From the NCBI GenBank assembly GCA_038065955.1, contig JBBTPY010000001.1, forward strand, positions 1,890 to 65,889: a stretch of 64,000 nucleotides of DNA, written 5' to 3'. The position numbers and the translations under genes were made by a program. The stretch is from Patescibacteria group bacterium (GTDB lineage Bacteria; Patescibacteriota; Minisyncoccia; UBA6257; UBA9933). The notes below the pieces were generated by a model, which was given only the letters and a program-made list of their open reading frames with translations, was not told the DNA's origin and searched no databases. Positions 37,443-47,096 of the stretch are shown in pieces (the stretch's first letter is position 1; the number at the start of each line of letters is the position of its first letter).

Positions 37443-38296
37443 TAAATTTCTAAATTATAAAAATAGATATCTTGTCCGTAACCTCCAACGCCGAGATACT
37501 CCGCTTGTCCTTTTAAAATGGCCTCAAATGGTTTGCACGCAAAGCAACCCCCGTCCCCGCGAGGACAATTAAATGCTTTTTTCTCTCGCGCAACTTTCAC
37601 TTGCATCGCAATTTCAAGAACTTTTTTTCTGGCTTCATCGATATCGGGTAAAATCATATCAACGGGTTTGTCGTCTCTATCAAGATACCAATACGCCGCG
37701 CCGGAAATTTTACGCTTTTGCAAGGCATTCAAAAGTAAAAGATAAATTGGAAGCTGAAGAGAATCTCCGCCTTCATTATGTTTGCCCGTTTTAAAATCAA
37801 TAACGCGAATGCTATCATCTTGCTCAATATATTCCAACCAGTCAATGCGTCCGTTTAAAATTATATTTTCTTCTTCGGAAAGAAAAAAATTTGGCGCCAT
37901 GCCGTTATGGCCTTCTTTGAGGCGTATTATTTTTCGAACGATTGGCCCCGGATTTTTTATAACCCGTTCTATCATCGCTTTGCCACGAGCTTTTATTTCA
38001 GATTCCTCAGTATCATTCTTAAAGCCCCCTTTTTTTCCCGATACATCGTTCCATGCCTTTTCAAAGTCCGCCAAAAGATCGCGCTTGGTTCTTTTATTAA
38101 AAGGAATGTTTTTTAAAGGCTCAAGAGTAGAATGAACCGCCTGGCCAAGCGAAAGCGTCGGATTCACAATATTTATTTTTCGTCCCGTTTTGGGATCTTT
38201 ATAAACATTGCGCAAATAGTACGCCCGCGGGCACTTTAAAAAATCCCCCATGGAAGAATGCGATACCCATATTGCCGTGTATTTATCTTGAGACAT
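37442..38296 (-). CDS. Cas4-like PD-(D/E)XK nuclease with Fe-S cysteine cluster
   Basis: N-terminal Cys (FLKCPRAYYL), central IDFKTGK, C-terminal CPRGDGGCFACKP (C-x5-C-x2-C), the Cas4/AddB nuclease-domain arrangement. Confidence 0.65.
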   Translation of the reverse strand: MSQDKYTAIWVSHSSMGDFLKCPRAYYLRNVYKDPKTGRKINIVNPTLSLGQAVHSTLEPLKNIPFNKRTKRDLLADFEKAWNDVSGKKGGFKNDTEESEIKARGKAMIERVIKNPGPIVRKIIRLKEGHNGMAPNFFLSEEENIILNGRIDWLEYIEQDDSIRVIDFKTGKHNEGGDSLQLPIYLLLLNALQKRKISGAAYWYLDRDDKPVDMILPDIDEARKKVLEIAMQVKVAREKKAFNCPRGDGGCFACKPFEAILKGQAEYLGVGGYGQDIYFYNLEI

Positions 38297-38306
38297 TTTT
38301 ACTCGC

Positions 38307-39797
38307 TTAAATTAAATTTTTTAAAGTTTTCCAAATTGCGTACATGGCATAGGTGTCAAGCCCGCAGTAAATCTTTAAGTCATTAATGGCCTTCTCCTTT
38401 TCTACCGCGTCAAAAGAGCCGTTTGTAATTTTATTCCAAGTCTCCGCCGCATTTCCTCCTTCCTGTATTTCAAGTTCTTTATATGATAATTCGGGGGCAA
38501 GAACAGGCAAAATGTTTTTGATAGAGGTTTTTCCCTTAAAATCAGGATGTATAAAATGTTGTTCAGTAAAAATATCCCTAATATCAATAATTCTATTATT
38601 TAAATCCTCTAAAAAAATTTTGTATTCAGGATTGCGCTCCGCAAGTTCTTTGTTTCTCCCCTTTTCAAAAGGCTTGTACCACACTACAACAGCCCCATTA
38701 CTTGGGAGATTTTTCCGTAAGGCTTCAATAATCGCTTCATCGGGGTTTTTATTCTCTGTAAAAATAAACTCTGAATGGGTTGGTTCTATTTCATCCTGTT
38801 TAAAAATATGAAGTGAAAATTGAAATGGTATTTGATTAAACGGGCCATATCCGGTAAATCTCGGGATGGCCGCCGGAAAAGTTTCATAATCCAAAAAAGA
38901 AACCTGGTTGGAAATAACACTTAAAAAATTATCAATCTCCTGTTTATCAATAAAAGTCTTCCCTGATTGTGCGGCGTCAACTTGATTTCGTTGTTTGTCG
39001 CTTAATTTGAATTCTTTAGGAATATCTTGTACTGAAAAAATACCACTGTCAATAAGTTCCCTAAGTTTCTTTTTTGACTGGCCAATGCGAGAAATATCGT
39101 GGACGCTATATTCTGGGACTTCTGGATTGGCGTGCTGAAAAGTTGAGCAATGGTTTGATCTGCCTTTATAGATACACGGACAAGAACCTTTCGGCTCTGA
39201 ATCCTGCGAGATATATTTTAATGCTTCTGCCGCCTCTGTATTAACGCTGGCGGCAATACTTTCCACTTCAGCGCTCACGTCAACAATCTTAAAAAGTCCT
39301 TCTATATTCAACTCGCCGGAACGAATATATTCTGAATTAAGATGAATAAGGTGCGCTTTATTTATTTTCAGGCCACACTTCCTAAGTAAATTTACCTGAA
39401 AAGCCAAATCGTGATAATGCGCTTTTTCATCAATACTACGCGTTGATTTCACTTCGTATATCGAATATCCCTGCGCCACTGATTCAAACTTTAAAATATC
39501 AACGGCGGCCAAATAGTTGTCTTTAATAAAAATTGGCTGAAATAGTATTTCTTGTTTTTTTGAGATGAAATCTTTTGTAATTTTTTGTGATTCCTCGCCT
39601 CTTCCTTCAATTAAAATTCCGGCTGGAAATAATTTTCTCGCTTCCAATTCAACTTCATTGCCCGTTTCTATAATTGATTTCTCAAACCCCGACAGTTCCG
39701 ATTGAAAATATATGTCCGGCTTACGGATTTTGTACCAAACGTTTTTCGGACATTCACGAAATAAAACATAGTCCGTTTTGGATAATATGACTTTCAT
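38307..39797 (-). CDS. DUF2779-family protein (N-terminal Cas4-like nuclease fused to C-terminal RNase H-like exonuclease)
   Basis: Start LSKTDYVLFRECPKNVWYK typical of DUF2779, central SCPCIYKGRSNHC, C-terminal FLDYETF; 10-nt gap to the next gene. Confidence 0.55.
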   Translation of the reverse strand: MKVILSKTDYVLFRECPKNVWYKIRKPDIYFQSELSGFEKSIIETGNEVELEARKLFPAGILIEGRGEESQKITKDFISKKQEILFQPIFIKDNYLAAVDILKFESVAQGYSIYEVKSTRSIDEKAHYHDLAFQVNLLRKCGLKINKAHLIHLNSEYIRSGELNIEGLFKIVDVSAEVESIAASVNTEAAEALKYISQDSEPKGSCPCIYKGRSNHCSTFQHANPEVPEYSVHDISRIGQSKKKLRELIDSGIFSVQDIPKEFKLSDKQRNQVDAAQSGKTFIDKQEIDNFLSVISNQVSFLDYETFPAAIPRFTGYGPFNQIPFQFSLHIFKQDEIEPTHSEFIFTENKNPDEAIIEALRKNLPSNGAVVVWYKPFEKGRNKELAERNPEYKIFLEDLNNRIIDIRDIFTEQHFIHPDFKGKTSIKNILPVLAPELSYKELEIQEGGNAAETWNKITNGSFDAVEKEKAINDLKIYCGLDTYAMYAIWKTLKNLI

Positions 39798-40100
39798 AAA
39801 TGTTGGCTAAGTTATCCAACTACTGACTCCCACGCTTCAAATATAGATACTAAATTCATACACGCATTATATCTCAACGACCGCCCCTCATCAAATTGCT
39901 CTCTGGAAAAATCGCCTGAAAATCCCTACCGCGTCCTTCCGAAGCGCTTACAGAAGCTGGCGCGAAGGAGGATAATCCTTATTGCCGAGCGGACGCTTTC
40001 GTTCCCCATCAAAAATGCTTGGATTCTCGCGGGGAAATACCATGCCGAGGCGCGAAGCGCCGAGGCAACATCCTCCCCAAAATGGGATTTAGATAAAATG

Positions 40101-40185
40101 CGGAGGGTACAGGATTTGAACCTGTGATGCCTTTCGGCATACTCGCTTTCCAAGCGAGCGCACTAGACCACTATGCGAACCCTCC
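40101..40185 (-). tRNA. tRNA-Ser (anticodon GGA), class II with long variable arm
   Basis: Manual fold: acceptor GGAGGGT/ACCCTCC, anticodon loop TTGGAAA, variable hairpin ATGCC-GAAA-GGCAT, T-arm ACAGG-TTCAAAT-CCTGT. Confidence 0.8.
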
Positions 40186-40481
40186 ATATTTCCTCTTTAA
40201 TTCTTCTCGTTTATAACCATTTTTATATTCTAACTCAAGTTTAATGGATTTCTCTTCTGAAAAAGTCGCTATTTTTTCTAGAAGAATAAATGGTTTTCTG
40301 GACTTCGTAGATCTAACCTTGCCAGAATTATGTTCATTGAATCTTCTTTTAAAATCCTTTGTCCTGCCAATGTATAGATTATTATCTTTCAAACTTTTCA
40401 GAATGTAGACGAAATACATAATTTATAAACGCACTAGACCCCTGCCTGCCTGCCGGCAGGCAGGACTATGCGAACCCTCCA
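40157..40481 (-). mobile_element. GIY-YIG cassette inserted at the 5' end of tRNA-Ser with duplication of tRNA nucleotides 1-27
   Basis: cgcactagacc + actatgcgaaccctcc (tRNA 5' part) recurs at 40430-40480, interrupted by the 24-bp palindrome cctgcctgcctgccggcaggcagg; the GIY-YIG ORF lies between the copies and ends inside the tRNA. Confidence 0.6.
40171..40419 (-). CDS. GIY-YIG domain nuclease (82 aa)
   Basis: MYFVYILKSLKDNNLYIGRTKDFKRRFNEHN matches GIY-YIG; last 15 nt are tRNA-Ser nucleotides 1-15 (GGAGGGTTCGCATAG encodes GGFA-stop). Confidence 0.7.
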   Translation of the reverse strand: MYFVYILKSLKDNNLYIGRTKDFKRRFNEHNSGKVRSTKSRKPFILLEKIATFSEEKSIKLELEYKNGYKREELKRKYGGFA

Positions 40482-40500
40482 TAAACTTTTACATCTTATC

Positions 40501-41091
40501 TTATTTATAAACAATTACCAAGCCATTGCCTTTGTTTTTTTTCGCTTTATACATATTTTTATCGGCTTTTTCTATAAGCAAACGAATATTGGAAACAACT
40601 TTTTTTCCGCTTTTTGCCGAAACTGCGCCGAAACTGGCGCTCGGCTTGAACGAGCGAGGCGCGCCGTAAATTTTTACCGCCGATAATTTTTTCCGCAATT
40701 TTTCGGCTACTTTCACGGAATTGCCCAAATCGACATTGACAAGCCCTATCACGAATTCATCGCCGCCCCATCTGCCGACAATGTCCAAATCCCTGAGATT
40801 TTTCGTAAAAACTTTGGCGGCTAATTTTATAAAACTGTCGCCGGCTTTATGGCCGTATTTATCGTTTAATTTTTTCAAATTGTCCAAATCAACGAATATT
40901 ATTGAAAAATCAAAAACGACAAAACGGCTCCCCTCTTTTATTTCAACTCCGCCGCGCCTGATTGTTTCAAGAAACTTTTCCGCCTGCCGGACAAATCCTT
41001 CGCGATTGTAAACGCCCGTTAAAAAATCGCGTTCCGCCAAAATTTTCAATCTTCTGACTTCTTTTTCCAGTTCCCTGATTTTTTTATTCAT
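40501..41091 (-). CDS. GGDEF-domain diguanylate cyclase with N-terminal coiled coil
   Basis: RWGGDEFVIGL active-site motif, FIFVDLDNLKKLND; ATG at 41091 (the track starts at an upstream TTG). Confidence 0.8.
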   Translation of the reverse strand: MNKKIRELEKEVRRLKILAERDFLTGVYNREGFVRQAEKFLETIRRGGVEIKEGSRFVVFDFSIIFVDLDNLKKLNDKYGHKAGDSFIKLAAKVFTKNLRDLDIVGRWGGDEFVIGLVNVDLGNSVKVAEKLRKKLSAVKIYGAPRSFKPSASFGAVSAKSGKKVVSNIRLLIEKADKNMYKAKKNKGNGLVIVYK

Positions 41092-41103
41092 AATAACCAA
41101 CGG

Positions 41104-42021
41104 TTAAACGCGCATTCCGCGCAATGCGGCAATTCTTTCTTCTACCGGCGGATGGGTCATAAATAATCTGTGCAGCCAATTAACTTTTTTCCCTTCGCCG
41201 ATGCCATGAGTAAAAGGGTCGTCAAACCAAAGATGAGATGTTGTGTTTCTGGCGACCGGCAAAGGCGTCGGGTCGCTTGCGATTTTTTCCAGCGCGCTTG
41301 CCAATCCGTCGGGGTATCTCGTAAGTAAAGACCCTGAAGCGTCTGCAAGAAATTCCCTTTTACGGGAAATCGCCAGTTGAATAAGCATGGCGCTAATCGG
41401 CGCCAAAATCGCCAAAATAATTCCAATCAACATTAAAACCGTTTGCGCTTGGCCGCCGCCTCCTCTGTCTCGCCGACGGCCGAAACCAAAAAAACTGGAA
41501 CGCAAAAACATATCGGAAAGAATAGAAATAAATCCGACAAGCACTACGACAACCGTTGACAACAACATGTCGCGGTTCCCGATATGCGACAATTCATGAG
41601 CAATCACGCCTTCCAATTCGTTCCGATTAAGTTTTTTTAATAAACCTTCCGTTACCGCCACAACGGCGCGCTTCGGATTTCGGCCGGTGGCGAAAGCGTT
41701 CGGCTGATTTTCATTGACAATATAAATTTTCGGCAGAGGCAGCCCGGCGGTAATCGCTAAATTTTCCACGATATTATAAAGTTCCGGAGCGTCTTTTTTT
41801 TCAATTGGCTTAGCTCCGGCCATTTTTAAAACAATTTTATCGCTAAACCAATAAGCGATAACATTCATTAAAACGCTGAAAATAACGGCAAAATATAAAA
41901 TTGAAGAGTCTCTATAAGTCTGGCTAAAAAACCAGCCGACACCGATTACAATAATTAAGAATAAGCCGAAAAGCAGCCAAGTCTTTCTAATATTGGAATC
42001 TTTGTGAGTATATAAAGTCAT
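41104..42021 (-). CDS. htpX: zinc metalloprotease HtpX (M48)
   Basis: HELSH zinc motif between TM segments; overall HtpX topology. Confidence 0.8.
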   Translation of the reverse strand: MTLYTHKDSNIRKTWLLFGLFLIIVIGVGWFFSQTYRDSSILYFAVIFSVLMNVIAYWFSDKIVLKMAGAKPIEKKDAPELYNIVENLAITAGLPLPKIYIVNENQPNAFATGRNPKRAVVAVTEGLLKKLNRNELEGVIAHELSHIGNRDMLLSTVVVVLVGFISILSDMFLRSSFFGFGRRRDRGGGGQAQTVLMLIGIILAILAPISAMLIQLAISRKREFLADASGSLLTRYPDGLASALEKIASDPTPLPVARNTTSHLWFDDPFTHGIGEGKKVNWLHRLFMTHPPVEERIAALRGMRV

Positions 42022-42030
42022 TACTAAAAA

Positions 42031-43074
42031 TTATAATTTAATAATATCTTTTATCGTAATCACAAGCATTAAAAATATTAAAAGACTGAAACCGATGGCA
42101 TTGATTATTTTTTCAAATTTTTGATTAACCGGCGAACCCTTGATTTTTTCAATTGCCAGAAAAATCAAGCGGCCGCCGTCAAGCGCCGGAAAAGGCAAGA
42201 TATTGATTACCGCCAAATTTAAAGAAATTAAAGCCAAAAGCTGAAGCAGGTAAACAAAACCGAGTGTGCCGGCCTGAGACGTGATTTTGACGATGCCGAT
42301 AGGCCCGGTTACTTGTTCAAAAGACGCTTTCCCGACAAAAGCCTTGGTAATCAACCCGAAAATTGAAACGGTGATTGTTTTAATAAGCTCAATAGATGTT
42401 TTAAACCCTTCCCAAAAACTTATCAAAATATTTTTTTTCGGCAGGCCGGCATCAACTAAGCCGATTCCCAAAGCTCCTTGGCCGAGCGGCGGATTGATTC
42501 GCGGCACAGCGTTAAATTTAAGAGTTTCGCCGTTCCTTTGAATTTCCAAATTCACTTCTTTACCGCGCCGCTCATCAATAAATTTAATAAAACTTCCGAC
42601 TTTTAGCGCCTCTCCTTCAAGATAATTTGAATCCGCTCCGGCCGAAATTATTTTATCGCCGGCTTTTAATCCTATTTCCATCGCCGGAGTATTTTCCCGA
42701 ACTTCGGTGATTACCACGGCCGGCGGCAAACCAATGGAAAAAACAACGGAAATTACCAGCCAGCCGAACAAAAAATTCATCAACACTCCGGCGGCAATGA
42801 TTATTGCCCGCCTGCCGAGAGACAATGACGGAAAACTCCGCGTTCCGGCGGCTTCGCCGTCTTCGCCGAATATTTTCACAAATCCGCCGAAAGGCAAAGC
42901 GTTAAGGCTATAAACCGTCTCCCCTATTTTTTTGCTCCAGATTTTCGGCGGCAAGCCAAAGCCGAATTCCTCAACCAGAAGCCCGAATTTTTTCGCCGCC
43001 CAAAAATGCCCCAACTCGTGGATTAAAATCAAAATTGAAAGAAAAATTATTACCGCGATTATTCCTATTAACAT
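42031..43074 (-). CDS. rseP: RIP site-2 metalloprotease RseP with PDZ domain
   Basis: HELGHFWAAKKFG in TM1; PDZ-like middle; C-terminal LDGG motif. Confidence 0.85.
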   Translation of the reverse strand: MLIGIIAVIIFLSILILIHELGHFWAAKKFGLLVEEFGFGLPPKIWSKKIGETVYSLNALPFGGFVKIFGEDGEAAGTRSFPSLSLGRRAIIIAAGVLMNFLFGWLVISVVFSIGLPPAVVITEVRENTPAMEIGLKAGDKIISAGADSNYLEGEALKVGSFIKFIDERRGKEVNLEIQRNGETLKFNAVPRINPPLGQGALGIGLVDAGLPKKNILISFWEGFKTSIELIKTITVSIFGLITKAFVGKASFEQVTGPIGIVKITSQAGTLGFVYLLQLLALISLNLAVINILPFPALDGGRLIFLAIEKIKGSPVNQKFEKIINAIGFSLLIFLMLVITIKDIIKL

Positions 43075-43075
43075 T

Positions 43076-43621
43076 TTATTCGTTAATTTCTTTTATTTTA
43101 TTTTCTAATATTTGCTCTATTTCGCCATTCACTTCGTCAATCGCTTTTTGCGTATCTTCTTTTAATCTGAATTTTTGGTCTTCGCTGATTTCTTTATTTT
43201 CCTCCCGTTGGCTGTTTTTTTTATTCTGCTCATCACGCGAATGGCGAATTTTTATCCGCGCTTCTTCGGCTTCTTTTTTAACCAATTTAACAAGTTCTTG
43301 TCTTCGTTCTTCGGAAAGCGCCGGCAGATTAATTCTGATTAAATTGCCGTCAATATTGGCGGCAACGTTTAAACCGGAAGATTCTATCGTTTTGGCAACC
43401 GAATTAATCACTTGATTATCCCAGATTGAAATTTGAATTTCACGGGGCGGGATAACGCTTATTGAACCGAGTTGTTTAATCGGCAATTTCTGCCCAAAAT
43501 AATCAACCAAAATATCTTCAACGAGTTTTGCCGACGGCCTGTTGCTTCTGATACCGGCCATTTGTTCCTTAAAAAATTTTAAAATTCCGCTTATTTTTTC
43601 GTCAAATTCGCTTGTATTCAT
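43076..43621 (-). CDS. frr: ribosome recycling factor
   Basis: 181 aa; FKEQMAGIRSNRPSAKLVE..IRINLPALSEERRQELVK..EEARIKIRHSR. Confidence 0.9.
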   Translation of the reverse strand: MNTSEFDEKISGILKFFKEQMAGIRSNRPSAKLVEDILVDYFGQKLPIKQLGSISVIPPREIQISIWDNQVINSVAKTIESSGLNVAANIDGNLIRINLPALSEERRQELVKLVKKEAEEARIKIRHSRDEQNKKNSQREENKEISEDQKFRLKEDTQKAIDEVNGEIEQILENKIKEINE

Positions 43622-43824
43622 AAATTAAATAACGTTTGACATCTGATATCTGACATACGACATATGATATTTTACCATAAAAAATGAATAATAGAACCTA
43701 AAAGAGTGTCCGAAGAAGACATTGAATTCAGCGCATACAAAATCTCCTTCAGATGCGACTGAAGAAGCATAAGAAATCCTCCCCAAATTATTGCCAAAAC
43801 TATTACTCCCATATTACTTTCAAA

Positions 43825-44646
43825 TTATTTAATCGCGCGGGACAAAGCGCGCAATTGCAGTTTTTTATTAACATTAAACATTTTCATTAAAGCCAATCTT
43901 TTCAGCGCTTCTTTGAGAGCGTCTAAATTTTTATCAGCGTCTTTAATTAAATCGGCGATTAAAAATTCAAAAAATTGAGCCAATTTATCGTTATTGTCTA
44001 AAATTTCTTCCGGCAATTCGCCGCGAAAATTTTTAACCGCTTTTTTTATTTCTTCAAACTCTTTATTCGTCAATAAATCAATCGCCCGACCGGGCCGGCC
44101 AAATGATTCCAGGGCCGCTGATTTTATTTTTTCTTCCGCGAATTTTTCACCGTAAGCCGAAATTAAAAATTTTTCAATCTCATTATTTGAAATTCTTGGA
44201 AAATAAATTTTCTGGAGCCGAGAAACAAGCGGTGGCAAAAGAGAATCTCTGTCCGTTGAAATAAAAATTATTAGGTTTTCCGGCGGTAATTCTTCAACGG
44301 TTTTCAAAATCGCGCTTTGGGCTTCAGGAGTCAAATTTTCCGCGTCCCTGACAATCGCAAGCCGCTTCTTGGAAAACACAGGCTTCTGATGCAGAAAATA
44401 CAGCAAAGAACGGATTTTATCAATGCCGAGCGCGCCTCCTTCTTCGGGGGCGGCGATAAAAACTTCTCTTAATAATTTCGAATTTTCAGGCGCCTGAAAA
44501 TCTTTTTTTTCCAGATAATTGGCCAGTGAAACGGCGAAAAGAAATTTTCCGACTTGCGGCTCTCCGAAAAAAAGATAAGCGTGGGACAATTTATCCTTAT
44601 CGGAAAGTTTTTTGAATAATTTTATTAAATTATCGTGACCAACCAT
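43825..44646 (-). CDS. holB: DNA polymerase III delta-prime-like subunit
   Basis: AAA+ clamp-loader pattern LSHAYLFFGEPQVGK, degenerate box VII; 273 aa. Confidence 0.65.
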   Translation of the reverse strand: MVGHDNLIKLFKKLSDKDKLSHAYLFFGEPQVGKFLFAVSLANYLEKKDFQAPENSKLLREVFIAAPEEGGALGIDKIRSLLYFLHQKPVFSKKRLAIVRDAENLTPEAQSAILKTVEELPPENLIIFISTDRDSLLPPLVSRLQKIYFPRISNNEIEKFLISAYGEKFAEEKIKSAALESFGRPGRAIDLLTNKEFEEIKKAVKNFRGELPEEILDNNDKLAQFFEFLIADLIKDADKNLDALKEALKRLALMKMFNVNKKLQLRALSRAIK

Positions 44647-44650
44647 TTTA

Positions 44651-45658
44651 TTAATTTTTATTCAGCAATGTTCTTTTATACGCGTCCAAATGATTTAAAA
44701 TCATTCCCGTGCCTTTAGCTACGCAGAAAAGCGGCTCTTCCGCCACATAAGTGTTGACGCCAAAATACCGCTTAAAAAATTCTGGTAAATTGGCGATTTG
44801 CGCTCCGCCGCCGGAAAGAATAATTCCTTTGTCCATTACATCTGCCACCAACTCCGGCGGCGTCTCATTGAAAACTTTCTGCACTGCCGCGATAATTTCC
44901 AAAAGATGAGGATTAATGGCTTCGGCGATTTCGTTGGAATTAATGATGACATCTTTTGGCAAGCCGCTGACTAAATTTCTTCCTCTTACCTGATAAGTAA
45001 TTTTGCTTTTGGTCGGCAAAGCGGAGCCGATTTCAATTTTAATCGCCTCAGCCGTCTGCTCGCCGATGGCCAGCGAATATTTCTTTTTAAGATAATCAAT
45101 AATGGCAGTGTCAAACCTGTTGCCGGCGATTCTCACGCTCGCCCAAGACACTATGCCTCCTAAAGATATAATCGCCGCTTCCATCGTGCCGCCGCCGATA
45201 TTGACGATCATATTACCGGAACGAGCGTTAATCGGAATGCCGGCGCCCAATGCCGCCAAAATCGGTTCTCTGACTATATACGCTTTTTTAGCGCCAGCTT
45301 CTTTGGCGGCATTGATTACCGCCCGCCGCTCCGTCTGCGTAATGCCGGCCGGCGCCGAAATCACCACATCTGGTTTAAAAATATTAAAAGAACCGATGGC
45401 GTGACCGATAAAATATTTCAACATCGCTTTGGTAATATAATAATCGGCAATTACTCCGTTTTTAAGCGGCCGATAAGCTTTAATATCGCTGGGAGTGCGG
45501 CCGATCATTTCTTTCGCTTCTTTACCAACCGCCAAAACCGTATTTTCCGGCGCGCTAAGCGCCACAATGGTCGGCTCAAAAATCACAAAACCCCGTTTTG
45601 GCGTAAAAACGATAGTATTGGCCGTTCCCAAATCTATGCCGATTTTGCGAGTAAACAT
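44651..45658 (-). CDS. mreB: rod-shape determining actin homolog MreB
   Basis: IGIDLGTANT phosphate-1, DIGGGT, actin-fold signatures throughout. Confidence 0.9.
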   Translation of the reverse strand: MFTRKIGIDLGTANTIVFTPKRGFVIFEPTIVALSAPENTVLAVGKEAKEMIGRTPSDIKAYRPLKNGVIADYYITKAMLKYFIGHAIGSFNIFKPDVVISAPAGITQTERRAVINAAKEAGAKKAYIVREPILAALGAGIPINARSGNMIVNIGGGTMEAAIISLGGIVSWASVRIAGNRFDTAIIDYLKKKYSLAIGEQTAEAIKIEIGSALPTKSKITYQVRGRNLVSGLPKDVIINSNEIAEAINPHLLEIIAAVQKVFNETPPELVADVMDKGIILSGGGAQIANLPEFFKRYFGVNTYVAEEPLFCVAKGTGMILNHLDAYKRTLLNKN

Positions 45659-45722
45659 AATTATAGATTCTTATTATATCCGCTTAATTGAAAAATTCAA
45701 GAAAAAAAGATATGCTAATAAA

Positions 45723-47045
45723 ATGTCTTTTAGATTTCGCCGTTTTTTATTTTATTCGTTTTTCATTATTTTTATCCCCTTAAGCGCGGGGATTATTCTT
45801 TATTCCCAAGGATGGCGATTTAATTTTAAAACTTTTTCCGCGCAAAAAACCGGCGGCATTTATATTGAAACAGAGCCAAGAGACATTACCATAAAAATAG
45901 ACGGAAAATATTTCTCCGACCGTTCGGGAATTATTCAAAACGGCACCCTGATTACCGACCTTCTGCCGAAAACCTATCAATTGACGATTCAAAAAAACGA
46001 CTATTCCCCTTATTATAAAAATCTTGAAGTGAAGCCGTCTATGGTGAGCGAACTTATCAATACTGTTTTGATTCCGGAAAAAATTGAAGAAATAGAAATA
46101 ATGCCGCAACGCCTCAAGGGAGACGAAATAACGGAATGGGACGCCGCTCGTCAAAAAATTATCGTCAAAAATTCAAAAAGCGGGATTTATTATCTTTATG
46201 AATTAAATAATGCTTCATCCGTTTTTAATATCAACATTAGCGTGAATAATTTTTCCAAAGAATCCGTTATAAAAAAAATCGCTTTCCATCCGTTTAACGA
46301 AAATAAATTGATTATTGAACTGGAATCAAAAACCAAAAGCGGACTTTATATTTTTGACGAAAATAAACTCAAATTAGAACCGCTCTTTTTAAATTCACAA
46401 AATTCTCGGATAATCGCTTGGGACATAAAAAACTCAAATATTCATCTGATAAAAAAAATAGCTGCCCCAAAAATCCGCCTCGCGCTTTTTTCATCCAACT
46501 TAACTTCAAAAACCGAAACTGAACTTGTTGAAATGCCGATTAAAGATAAAAAAACGGCGGAAAATATTAAAATTAAAATTTCTCCGTCAGGCGGCAAAAT
46601 TGGCGTTTTGGACGCTCTTGACGACCTTTATATTTTTGACATTAAAGCGCAAAGCTTGAAACAAATCGCTCATAACGCCGAAATTTTCGCCTTTTCTTAT
46701 GATGATAAAAAAATCGCTTTTGTTGACAGAGACGGAAAATTAAATATTTATTTTATAGAAGATTATTTTAAAAATATTTCCAAAAAAGCCGGCGATATCA
46801 TCGATTTTAATCTTGAAAATAAAAAACTGATTAAAAATATCTCTTGGCACAATGATTCATATCATTTATTCATTGAATACGGCGGAGAAAACGGAAAAAT
46901 AAATTTTATGGAAATTGACGACCGGCCGCCGCTAAATATTTATCTGATTATTGAAAAAGTCAAAGATTTTTATTACGCTCCCGAAACGGAATTTCTGTAT
47001 TTTATCAAAGACGAAAAACTTTATAAAGCGGATATTAATCCTTAA
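45723..47045 (+). CDS. membrane-anchored PEGA-like domain protein with beta-propeller-like C-terminal region
   Basis: ATG at 45723 chosen (the track's upstream start overlaps mreB); TM helix; IYIETEPRDITIKIDGKY resembles PEGA. Confidence 0.5.
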   Translation: MSFRFRRFLFYSFFIIFIPLSAGIILYSQGWRFNFKTFSAQKTGGIYIETEPRDITIKIDGKYFSDRSGIIQNGTLITDLLPKTYQLTIQKNDYSPYYKNLEVKPSMVSELINTVLIPEKIEEIEIMPQRLKGDEITEWDAARQKIIVKNSKSGIYYLYELNNASSVFNINISVNNFSKESVIKKIAFHPFNENKLIIELESKTKSGLYIFDENKLKLEPLFLNSQNSRIIAWDIKNSNIHLIKKIAAPKIRLALFSSNLTSKTETELVEMPIKDKKTAENIKIKISPSGGKIGVLDALDDLYIFDIKAQSLKQIAHNAEIFAFSYDDKKIAFVDRDGKLNIYFIEDYFKNISKKAGDIIDFNLENKKLIKNISWHNDSYHLFIEYGGENGKINFMEIDDRPPLNIYLIIEKVKDFYYAPETEFLYFIKDEKLYKADINP

Positions 47046-47096
47046 TAAATAAAAAAAATCTGATTGTCTATTCGCTTTTATTTATTTTATCCAAGT

